A stretch of 63,985 bases of DNA, counting the filler, from an uncultured bacterium (GTDB lineage: Bacteria > Auribacterota > CAZIXI01): the NCBI GenBank assembly GCA_964543115.1. It is 6 parts of 6 records of this genome, joined end to end, with 100 filler letters (N's around TTAATTAATTAA, not from the genome) between each part and the next. Parts side by side here need not be neighbours in the genome. Positions count along the whole stretch, not along the records: positions 46,648 to 58,105 come from CAZIXI010000099.1; positions 58,206 to 63,985 come from CAZIXI010000222.1; 4 more parts are not named here. One strand, 5' to 3'. The notes beneath the pieces were generated by a model, which was given only the letters and a program-made list of their open reading frames with translations, had not been told where the DNA came from and searched no databases. Of this stretch, positions 52,601 to 63,985 are shown one piece after another. The position numbers and the translations under genes were made by a program. Position 1 is the stretch's first letter. Each line of letters begins with the position of its first letter.

Positions 52601-55600
52601 AGTCCCTCCGGCTGAACAATAATGGATTTACCAAGTTTGGCCATTTTATCACGCAGGGTATCAGGATATAACGGCGAGGAAGCAATATCAATCGTGGAGG
52701 CCAAAACCGGCTCGGAAACGCTTAGCAGGCGGTCAGTTATTTTATCAGCAAAAACACCTGCAGGTTCAGTAATCACCACTGCCGGAGCAGCGGCAAGGGC
52801 TCGATAACCCAATACGGACAGATCATCCTTGCGTGCCTCTAGCGGTTGGACGGCGCCCAAAGACAGTACATCTGCTAATTGCAATGAAGTTATCTCTGCC
52901 GGCACGGCAAAGGAAAGAGGCAATGTATCTGTTAACGGCTTAACTGCCGGAGCAAATTCACCCGGCGTACTCAACTCAAAATCTACTAACTCTGCCGGCG
53001 TGAAAAATTCGCCGCTAAAATCACCGATCTTTGCCGGTAATAATCCAGGCGTTAAAATTAAATCTGTAAGCGGCGCTGTCATAAGGGGCATTTTACCTGC
53101 CGGGATAAATTCACGATCAGGCGCGGGCCTGCCTTCTTCGGTATCCACATCTGAACTGATTGGCTGGGCCGACCCCGGATAATCGGTTGTCCGCGGCATT
53201 TCTACGCGCGGCACTATCATTACCGGCACAACCTCTGCCCTGCCGACTTCATCAGCACTTCCGCTAACCGGCGCGCTTGTCGGCCTTTCTCCGGGTTTAT
53301 CCACGGCGATTTCTTTAACTATGCTTATCTCCAGTTCTTCCTTTAACAGTTCTTCCGCTCTTATTCCCGTCATTGATTTGGCTAACTCAGCCGGCACGGC
53401 CTTAACAGCTTCGGCGCTTGTGGTTACCCCGACCTCACCTTCGATTCTATATTGCAGTGAAATCTGCCCCAATCCGTTATACACATTTCTGGTAACAGTA
53501 ATGGAGGTCACGTCTTCCCGAGAGTTGGTTACTTCTTTTCTTTCCGTGGTGCTGATCTGGCCATGATAATTGTAACTATAGTTTTCTTCTGTTTCTGTTA
53601 TGTTATAAACCATATCAATCCAGCCAAACAAATACTTTTGATCCTCATAAGTAGCATAAGCTTCATCCTGTGATTTCAGCGATCCTTCATCTTCTACCGC
53701 AATTTCCGCTCTGGTCAGAGTCACTGTATCGGCAACTGTGGATAATTCACTAATATACCTGTCAATCGGCAATACTGTGCTATCTTCTTCATCATCGCCA
53801 AATAATGATCTGGTCATGGAAGTATCTATGGTTCGGGCAATATAATCCCCGCTGCCTTCATCGCTTACCGTTGTACTAGTGGCATTGGCCTCTGTAAAAT
53901 TCACCACCGTATAGGTCCAGGTGCCTTCGTCTTCGTTAAAGGCGATATCAAAAACGTAATACGTCGTTACATCATAGTCAGAACCGTTCCAAACAAGCGT
54001 AGTGTACCAATAAGATGATATATCATTGGTAAAACTTTCCTGCGAATCTTCCGCCGGAGCATAATATTGGATGTCGGAAATTATATAGAAATTCTTATTA
54101 CCGGAAGAATCTTCTTCGGTATAATAATAGCTCAATAACCTTCCATTTTCGTCATAGGTAATATCATCCCAGACCACTTCATAGGTCTCCTCCCCACCAT
54201 AAACATCTACCTGCTTAATGTACTGGCTGGAACTGCTGATATCGCCAAGGGTGTTATATTCATTCGTGCTCCAGGTATAGGTATCATTGCCGCCATCTCC
54301 GTCTGTATCCTCAGCCACATACTTGCCTTCCATCTGCAGCTGATTGTTATAGGAATACTCTGTAGTTGTTGTTTCTGTGGTATCCAATTTACTGAAAATA
54401 AGCACGGGAATATCTCCGCCAGTATAGGTACTATATGTCAAGCCGGCCAGGTCCAACGATGAGGGATCGCATTCATAAGCCAGCAGAGGCGCGTCAACAA
54501 TATCCACATCCTCTGCTTCAGGATCAATGTGTGCGGCAGGGTGCGACAAATCCAGGCTATCAATATCCAGATAACCATTTTCATCGTATGTTGCTTCCAC
54601 GCTGATGGAGCCATAATCAAAACTGGCATAATGATCAAGATCATAGCCAGTGGCATCAATCGTAATATCATTACTGTATGAACCATATAAACTATAAAGA
54701 CCAGATGTTGTCTGGTAATATGATTCATAAGATAAAACATTACCCAACTCATCTCTGGTAATATCTGTAACATTATATTTTGCTCCAGTAGTTGGATGAT
54801 GATCAGTATAAAAATAAGAATCAATATCCCCTGAAGTATCATATGTTATGTCGCTCACACTGACACAAACGGCATCTGTTGCCGTATCACTCCTAAAATA
54901 TGTATTATTAACATAAGAATAACTAGTTAAATAACCATCATCATCATAATCACAATCAGCTATATACAGGACAGAAGCACCGCTTTGGTCAATACTGTAA
55001 GCAACCAGATTACCGTCTTCATTATAGACAATATCACTCATCGTATAGCTGTATTCGGAAGACGTATCATCGGAATAAGTAACAGCGATACTCTTAACAT
55101 TGCCAACCCAATCAGCGGTCACGGTTTCAGTAGTATAGGAAGCGGAACCATCATCTGTGATTTCACAGGTGGTCACAGTGGTACCGATATCATCTTCTGT
55201 GTAATACTCATACTCAGTAAGCGCATAATCTGAGCTGCTGGGATCACTGACTGACCAGCCGGTTACTGTTTCAGTCTCGGTTGTTTCCGCCAGGTCACCG
55301 GAACTGTCATAGGAATAGGTAGTTGACGTTTCCGTAATCTGGGTTGGGGCATTTGAATCATTAATGGACTTAGTTTCTTCGGTTAGCTGATTTTGACCGT
55401 TATAGGTGTAGGTTATATCTGTCTCCGTATAAGTATGATCAATTTCTGCCGCTTCATTATCAGACAGCCCCGGCAGATAAAAACAACTGTAATCAAGCAC
55501 CCGGGAAAAATTATCAATATCCACCGCGTCATAGGTAGTAGTTGAGCCAGCGTGGCTGTCGTAGAATGCTACTTCCTCAATTTCCTGTGAGGTATCGCTA

Positions 55601-58104
55601 TAGTATGTAAAGGTATATTCATCACGGCCACTATCTTCATAATAGATAATCCGGTATTCATCATCGCTATCAATGCTTCCATCACCGTTAGAATCATATT
55701 GCTCCCATTCAATATTATGCAATTCAAAACCGTGCAAAGAAGTGCTGCGAAAGTCACTGACCAAACCGGTTGTCGCGTCATAATATATATACACAGTGCC
55801 ATAGTCATCTCCATCAATACTTATATCATAATATGCCACGTCGCCATTATCATTGTATACTATACCAGATACGCTAATTACTTCACTTGTGTCATCATCA
55901 CCATCAATGTCGCTTGTATCCACCAGGTCATAGGAGGTCAATACGCCGTCTGTATAAACGGTATTATAAATTTCCGAACTGTAACTGGAGCCGGTCTCAT
56001 GGATGGTCAGGTCCTTGGTACGTACATTACCAACAGAATCATAAGAGGTAATTACTTCATCAGTATAAGTCACCATGCCTTCAGAATCATTGCTCACTTC
56101 TGCGGTATGCTGCAAAATAACATGGCCCTGGCTGTCATAGTTCATGGTGGTGGTGGTAACAGTTACCGAGCTCTGGGCGCGCACAAACGGTATGCTGCCG
56201 GTTGATTGGTGTTCTGTCTGGTCTTCCAGCCTGGTAATACCATCATATGTATCACCCTCAGCATATTCTCCCGCATACGTCATCTTGGCACAATCAAAGG
56301 TCAGTTCCCCGGTACTATCATAGCTGTAGGCAAAATTTGAATAAACATGAGTGTAATCTACCGTACCGTCTTTGCCCGTATCCACGGCAACCGTATAGCC
56401 GCTTAGCCAGTCCATATTACTTTCATACTCCTCATCATCTGTGGATGCATCATCATCCGCATAGCTGATCGTATCGGTACCGTACTGTATATCGGTTACC
56501 GAATAGCTTGTGGTATTGTTTGCCCAAGTGTAGCTTTTCAAATAGCCAGCATATTCATCACCCTCATCGTAATATACAATGTCACTGACCCGGCAGACCA
56601 GGCTGCCAGTATCGTCTCTCAGGGTAAAGTCGGTTATTTTATATACGCCATCAGCATCCAGCTCAATAGTGATATTACTCATGGTATAGGTATAATCAGA
56701 GCCGCTCCAGCTGAGTTCCAGTTCCAGCTCATCCACGCTGGTGGGATCATTTTCGTCCCACTCCACGTTAGTAAAGAGTTCCGTAAAGGCATCAATATTG
56801 GCGTCAAACAGCTCGGTGCCTGATTCAGTTATGGTTTCTGTCTGGGAAACAACATTGCCGATATTGTTTCGGGTCAGAGTTGTTTCGGTAACAACCATTT
56901 CAAAGGGGTTATTCTGGTCAATGTATTCTTCAGTGGTACTGACTATCTGTCCACTGGTATCATAGGTGTAGCTGGTTTCACTGTATTCTGTCTGGCTGGC
57001 ATTCTCCGGCAGCAGGATGCCATCAAGAACGGGAAGCTCTATATCCGCTGGCGCTGTCCCGTCTTCAGTATACCCGTCCACCGCATTATCGTCATCATAG
57101 GTAATAGCGGTAATCCGCGTTTCCGAATCGGTCAGATAATAGCTTGCCAGCTTTCCTTCATAGCTCGTATCATACTCATCACAATAACCGCTCTCGAGAC
57201 TTTCCTCGGTATAATAACGCATGGTGGAAACACCATAGGTAGTGCCCTCGGCATCGGTAATCCTCATCGTGGTTACCCGGCCGTCGTCATCATAACCGAT
57301 TATTTCTACGGTATATTCTTCATCAGTACCAGCATCAATTATCATCTCACTAATTTCTCCATCTGTATAGGTAAGATCCATCGTATGGATATCGCCGTTC
57401 TCATCCTCATAGGTTATTTGGGTACAGGTAGTACCGTCAAATTCCGCGGAAATCACTTCTGTCAGATCCAGCGAACAAGCAGCGGTTTCCGTTGTTACAG
57501 CTGTAGTCTCGATTTGATCCAGGCTGTTGTAGGTATAATCTGTTGTAGTGGTAACTACCTCTGTGGGCTCTGAGCTGGAAACACTGGTGGTTACTTCCTG
57601 GGCCACAGTACTGTCAGTATTATAGGTAATATCTGTTTCTTCTATTTCCGTGTATTGAATAAGCGTATAATTACCGCTTCTGGCATCACTTTCACCGGTC
57701 TCGTCAAAGGTAACGGCCGCCACAAAACTTCCATTCTTCGAAACAGCAAAATCGGTGATTTCCAGACCCGTGTAGTTAATGCCACTGAGTGTGATCTCAT
57801 CCCCCTCACTATCAGTAAAAGTGATTGCCTTTACCTTTAACGGATTGCCAGTAGTGTAGGTTACCTCAACCTCATCCGCATCAATACTTAGCCCGTAATA
57901 ATCCGTTACCGTTGAGGTTTCCGCCGCCCGGCCAAACCCATCATAACTCTCTACTGTATAAACACTTTCTGTAATCATCAGTGGAGAATCACTGCTGCGG
58001 CTGGTAGTGGTCACTGTTTCCTGCCGGCCGTACTCATCGTAGGTCATGTCCTGCACTGAATATGATTCAATATCTTCATACTCCGGAATTACTCCCCAGA
58101 AGAA
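46648..58104 (-). CDS. Giant (>3819 aa, both ends truncated) acidic YD/RHS-like repeat protein with hydrophobic C-terminal region
   Basis: Frame open at both contig ends; many Y-x-Y-[DN]-x-x-G-[QRN] turns; DxDGD motifs; Ala/Glu/Pro-rich insert at about 51900-53400; hydrophobic helices after WWNSN. Confidence 0.8.
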
Positions 58105-58105
58105 A

Positions 58106-58205
58106 NNNNNNNNNNNNNNNNNNNNNNNNNNNNNNNNNNNNNNNNNNNNTTAATTAATTAANNNNNNNNNNNNNNNNNNNNNNNNNNNNNNNNNNNNNNN
58201 NNNNN
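58106..58205. other. Artificial contig spacer
   Basis: N run with TTAATTAATTAA. Confidence 0.97.
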
Positions 58206-61200
58206 TCTTGCCTTTCTGCTCTCTGGCTAAGGAGCGGTGATCAGGAGGGGAGGAATAAAGTATTTGCCTACCTTAAAGACAAAATGCAGCAAAAAGATAA
58301 GCGCCTGCGTTTGAGAGCGATAGAAGAATATGCTGAGCTGGCAGAAAAATGGCCAAATAGTGAAGAGCAACGTGTAGAGATACTATCGCAGCTAAAAACA
58401 ATGATGAAAGACAAGGACAGGGCTGTTCATATTGACTCTACGAAGCTTTTTGGCAGATTTGCGGGTCAATGGATAGACGCAGCCAGTGAGCGCAGTGAAA
58501 CAATAAAAATGTTACTGGAGATGTTTGCTTCTGTGGGAGCTGATGGTTTTCACTTGAATAAACACATTATAAAAGCTCTTGCTGTGTTGGCCGCAAAATG
58601 GCCGGTTGATCAGCAGCTGCAGCAGCAGGCACTGGCACTTTTGTGGACAGAGTTTATTGAGGGCGATATAAATTCTGCCTCAAGAACAGCAGTAGAGGCT
58701 TATATACAATTGGCGGCAAAATGGGTAAAAGATAAGACAGAACGCCGGCAGATATTGGCGCAACTTAAAGAATTACTGGATCGCAGAACTTCAATAGTAA
58801 CTGATAAGGCGATGAAGGCCTACGGGGAACTGGCTTTTCAGTGGGCAGAGGATGAGGAAGAACGTGCCCAGGTAATTAAATTTGTCGAGGAAAAGATTAA
58901 GAGCAATGCCGTGCCGGTTGCTAAAGAAGCGTTAACGGCATATCGGACAATGGCTGAAAAATGGATAACAGATGCCCAGAAACAGGAAACAGCTCTAGAG
59001 TTAATAAAGTCAAGATTCAAAGATGAAGACCTTTGTGCCACGGCCATGCAGGTATATATAGAATTGGCAATGATCTGGATAGGTGATGCTGTCCAGCGGG
59101 AAAAGATAATCGAAGAGATAAAAAATCATATATCTAATCCATCGAGCCATATAAAACCAAATGTATTGGCAGCCTACAGCAGATTGTTAGTTGCCTGGGT
59201 CACTGATGAACAGACACAGCAAGAAATACTCAGTGAATACAGCGAAGTGGCCAGAGATAAAGATGCTGCTTATAGACATGATCGGCTGCATGTTTACGCA
59301 GCTGTGGCTGCAGCCTGGGTAAAGGATAAAAAGAAACAGGCTGCCATCTTGGCAGAGCTCAGTGATCTTTCTGCGGCTGACAATCAGGACACAAAACAAA
59401 TATATAGCAGGTTATTGACCGCATTTGCCAAAAACTGTTTGGCTGATTACCTGAAAAATGTTTTCAGCAAGGATGAAATAAGCAGTGATGAGGCGTTTAT
59501 AGTCGCAGAAGTGCTGAAAGAGCTTGATGAGCAGGAAGAGCAATTACGTAACTCTCAATGGCAGGAGTTTGATGAACAGCAATTAATTGCAAGTATCAAA
59601 AAGGCAATGGTGCCGGATATCTTCCTTAAATACTGCCATAATACCTTTGCTGCGGAAGAACGGGAACAGGTATTGGCCAAGCTTGCCGAGGCACAAAGCG
59701 GAGACTATTTTATTTCTATTCGTGCAACAAAGGTGTTGCGCCGCTTGGCCTTGAAATGGGTAAAGGACGAGAAAGAACAGAAAAAAATGATTACAGCTAT
59801 GGGGGAAATGATCTGCAGTGATGATCGTAGCGTTGCTTCTGAGGTAGAGGCTACCTATGCTGTTTTGGCCGGCAAATGGGTTAAAGATAAAGAGGAACAA
59901 GAAAAAATACTCAGTCAATTAGAAGAGTTCCGAAACAGTGAGTCAGTGAATGTCCAAACAGCCACATTTATTTTCGACCTGTCTATTAAGCTGGCCGCTG
60001 CCTGGGTCGATAGTAGAGATCGGAAGAAACAACTGGAGATTCTTAATCTGCTGAAAGATAGATGCAGGCATTTCTCTTCGCTTAGCCGGAGTCTTGCCTT
60101 AAGGCAATACCGCAGACTGGCAGAGGCCTGGCTAACGGATGAGGAAGAACGTACTGCCGCGCTGGCGTTTGTCAGGTCAATGTTTTTTGATGGAGACGCA
60201 GATGTGCGCGTGTGGGCAGTTGATCTTTATGCTAGATTAGCAAGCCGCTGGTCAATAACTGAGCGTGAACAGGCAGAAATGCTCAGAGAAATAACGAGAA
60301 TGATTGCCGCAGAAAGAAAACCGAACGAGTGTAAATACTTGATGATATTGTATAGCCGACTGGCCGACAAGTGGAAAACAGAACCGGAGGACCGGCAGCA
60401 GGTCTTAGATGTTATAAGGGCAAATTTTGACAAACAGCATATATCTATTGATCCGGCTGTTTCGGCAGAGGTGTATGCAAAGCTAGCGGTAAAATGGATA
60501 GAGGATAAAGACGAACAATGGCGAATATTGGCTGAATTGAAGGAAACGCTGACTAACCAGAGCGATGGATTGCGTCAATATGCCGTAGCTGTTTATGGCA
60601 GTCTGGCCGCCCATTGGATTACCAATAAGGAAGAACGTGCGGATGCTCTGCGGCTTGCAAAAAATCTGGCTAATGACAAAAGAGGAATGGTGGATGTTAT
60701 TGCGATAATGGCCTATAAAACAATGGCTGCCGCCTGGGTAAAAGAACGCGGAGAACAGGAAAAGATAATGCGAGAAATCAAGGGCTTTATTGATCGTATT
60801 AGTTTACGAGGAAGAGCGGAGCAGGCATACGCAGAGTTGGCGCTGATCTGGGTGCGAGATGATGACAGGCGTGAAGAGATTATTATTGATATGCAAGGAG
60901 TGAGAGGTTGGACTTATGACCATACAGATACGGCACCATTGACCGCTTATTATCGGTTGTTAATTGCCTGGATCAAAGATAAAGAGAGACAAGGAGAGAT
61001 ACTGAAAGAGCTACGTAAATCGGTAATGGCACCGGAAACAAGAGAAACTAGATGGAAAAATGACTTGTGGCTTTATACTACATTGGCTGCCTGCTGGGTA
61101 ACGGACAAACAGCAGCGGGTAGCAATACTGGAGGAACTCAAGCCAATTAAGGATCATCGTAAACATGATGTCAGAGAAGTGTATAGCAATTTATTGGCAG

Positions 61201-63985
61201 CATTTGCCGAAGATTATCTGGCTGAGTATCTAAGGGATGCTTTTTCTGCAGAAAAGATAACAAGTAATGAAGTGGGGATTGTGGTGAAGGCAATGGAGGG
61301 GCTAGATAGGCAGGCAGAAGAAGAGCGCAAAAAAGCGGCGGCAGCCAGACAGGTTGTGTCCTCCCGCTTGGGCATGAAGAAAAAACAGCCGGCAGGAGCT
61401 GCGGAGATGCTGTTGGATGAACTTGATGCGGATAATGAGGTTTATGCAATGGTAAATAAAGATGAAATTAATGCTGCCCTGGCACGTCTGGCTGAAACCC
61501 ATCCGCGGCAATGGCAGGCACTGAAAGAGAAAACACATGATTTTGAATATTTTTATTTTTTCAGTAATCTGCCGTCTGCAGCGGGCATCTATGATTTAGG
61601 GGCGGAAGTTGCTGAAGAAGAAAGGTATGTTTTTGCCTTGGATGCTGATTTACGGGAGGCGCTTTGTTCCGGGAGGTTCCCCGAACGGGCGTTGGTTGAT
61701 TTCTGTTATTTGATATTGGTGCATGAAAGTATGGAGTTGGTTCTGCGGCAAAAAAGAACAAGTTGTGAAACTATATCGCCGGATCTGGCCACAGAAGCAG
61801 AGGCGTTTTTTGAAGAGGCGATTGTCTATTTGAGTATGCCGAAAGAAGACAGACATCAATTGAAAAGAATGTTAAGGGAGCTAGATAAAAACGAAAAGGA
61901 TGCTGCTGATAGATTTATGCCAGTGATAGAGTTCATTGAAGAACTGGGCTCACCAGGGATTGCTACTGCGGAAGGCGAATTGCGGATAATTGAATTTATC
62001 CTTAAAGATCCAGATTATGCCGGGCAGGATTTGCCTGCGGAAAGAAAGCAAGAATTAGCCAGACAATTATGGATTGCCAGAAATTCCAGTTTGTACGAAT
62101 ATCTTAGTGCGCACGTTCCGGAAGAAAAGAGGATGGGTATACTTGAAGAGATAAAGGTAAATTTTGGTAATTGCTGGCGGGGGCATATGAGTTTGTTTGC
62201 GGAAGATATTTACGCCCGTTTGGCTGCGGAATGGATAATGGACGAAAAAATACAAGAGCAGATACTTAATGAGCTGGAAGGCATTTTTAGCGATAAAGAT
62301 GCTTCTAGCAATAGCAAGGAAGCTGCCTTATCTGTGTATTGCCAGTTGGCATTATGCTGGATTAAGGAAAGAGACAAACGGGAAGAGATATTGGTGAAAA
62401 TAGATACTTTAGAGAGTATGGATACCGTAAGCAGGCTTAGCGCCAGCAGCAATTTAACAATCGCCTGGGATGAAAGTGAAGAGAGCAAGGATATTAGGTT
62501 AGAGTTGGCGCAAACTTATTGTGATGTCTCGCTCCCGGAGCGTTTACCCCAAGCATTAAAAGTATATGGCGCTCTGGCAGTTGAATGGTTAACTGATGGA
62601 AAAAGGCAAAAGTCTGCAATTGATTTTGTGAAAAAATTTCTAAATTCACGTTTACCCCTTGTTTGCCGGGCGGCGGTAGAGGTGTACACAAAATTAGCCT
62701 TGGCCTGGATCAAAAAGGAAGATGAACGCAAACGGGTGTTGGCAAAAATAAGGAAGATGTTAGTAAAGGAAAATGGGTTTGTGCTAGATGATGAAAACTC
62801 GAAACATCTTGTGCGGTCCAGTCTGTATAAGGCATACAGCGGTCTTGCTTTGGCCTGGGTAAAGGACACAGAAAAACGTGAGGGCATTATTAATGATTTT
62901 GACGGCAGTCTCTGCCTTGATGTGAAGGATGCGTATGAGCGTGAACCGTTTGAGGAGGCCTATGCCGAGCTGTTGGTTAACTGGATTACAGAAGAAAAAG
63001 AACGGCAAGAGTGGCTTGTAAAAACACTGGTAATGGTAACCGATGATAATCCTGTTGTCTGTGAGGTTGCCATCGGCCTTTACAGCCGGTTAGCGCTTGC
63101 CTGGCTCAAGGACCCGGATAAAAGAATCGAGGCCATCAAGAATGTCAGAAGAGAGTTTACTAACCAAAATGTATATGTACAAAGAAATGCCCTCAAGGCT
63201 TATACACGTTTGGTAGGTGCTTGGGAGAGTGATAAGAAAAAACAGGCAGAAATACTTGTTGAATTAGAAAGAAGATTTAACTTCAGCGATGAACATCCCG
63301 CTATGCGTCGTTTTGCCTTTAGGGAATATTGCCGCTTGGCGGTTGCCTGGGTTGAGGATGAGGAGGAGCAAAGCAGGATTCTCAACAATATGGACCGGCA
63401 GATGCATATGTTCATTCAGATGATGGGCGAGCAGCCGTTTATTACTAATAAAGAAATAGAGGCTTATTGCCGACTGCTGGTAGCGTTTAGCAGTGATAAT
63501 CCAGAGGCGTATATAAACAACATAATAAATAAACAGAAAATTAAAATGAATGATCTTATGTTAGTGAGCGGCACGATTATTGCTCTGGATGAGAGGCATG
63601 TTGAAAGAAAAACCAGCAAAATAACAGACCTGCTTAAGACTGCAGGAAAGTTTGTTCTGGGTCAGGCAAAAGCTGTATTGCCGTTTTTGGCAATAGTTGT
63701 TGGTAAATTTGCGCTTGATTGTTTATTGGGAGATGGAATTGATTTGCATTCATTATTAGTTAATGGTTCTTTTCTGGTCAGTGGTATGGTTTTGACGAAA
63801 ACGACGCCAATGCTTCATCCCCAGGTAAAGCTGCCTTTCTCCAAAGAGTTTGAGGTAGTCAGGGAAAACGGTCATCAATACCTGCGGCTAAAAAGCAATC
63901 ACGCGCTTAAATGGAGGCGTTATGCCGGCGGTACAGCGGTGCCACAGGATTGCCTACTGGAGACAGCGAGTAATGTTAGTGATAT
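58206..63985 (+). CDS. Giant (>1900 aa) HEAT/ARM-like repeat protein, both ends outside the visible sequence; absent from ORF track
   Basis: Own translation at several points in the frame starting 58206 is stop-free (SCLSALWLRSGDQEGRNKVF... to ...ETASNVSD); recurring Y..LA..W..D..ER..IL..L unit of about 43 aa; HESME at 61722-61736. Confidence 0.85.

Noticed and set aside
11667..58205. TTAATTAATTAA repeated five times about 11.5 kb apart, and apparent clustering of giant genes
   Set aside because: Artificial spacer in N runs; contigs are size-sorted (11575, 11541, 11465, 11458 bp), so periodicity and cross-gap neighbourhood are artefacts
58838..63415. Many short minus-strand ORFs in the last contig
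   Set aside because: Shadows of the long plus-strand HEAT-like frame

Overview
The window is not one locus. It is six contigs of a draft or metagenome-assembled genome joined by 100-nt N-TTAATTAATTAA-N spacers; the four complete contigs fall in length from 11575 to 11458 bp, so neighbours across gaps are uninformative. The 16S rRNA 5' fragment is PVC-type, and the gene content (giant proteins, TYxPSP pilus-associated proteins) suggests Candidatus Omnitrophota; this assignment is inference. Ordinary content: a ZIP / rubrerythrin-like / FNR-like operon, argCJBDF, a RelE-Phd toxin-antitoxin pair and an rrn promoter. The accessory content is a surface and secretion arsenal. (1) A >3858-aa protein embeds an essentially complete SecA motor between TPRs and a ~14-helix membrane bundle. 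(2) A >3800-aa acidic YD/RHS-like protein has a hydrophobic toxin-like C-terminal region. (3) A >1900-aa HEAT-like protein with three capped arrays is missing from the ORF track. (4) Three unrelated secreted proteins share a post-signal-peptide DKL motif, and four large proteins share an HExx(E/D) motif. (5) Four adhesins end in the same WYxAEG (DUF5719-like) module. (6) A pseudopilin operon ends in a peptidase-S74 tail-fibre-like gene; it and the next gene each have a sigma54-type site with an identical 12-mer about 108 bp upstream. Several REP-like and structured intergenic repeats are present. No CRISPR, tRNA, integrase or transposase was seen.
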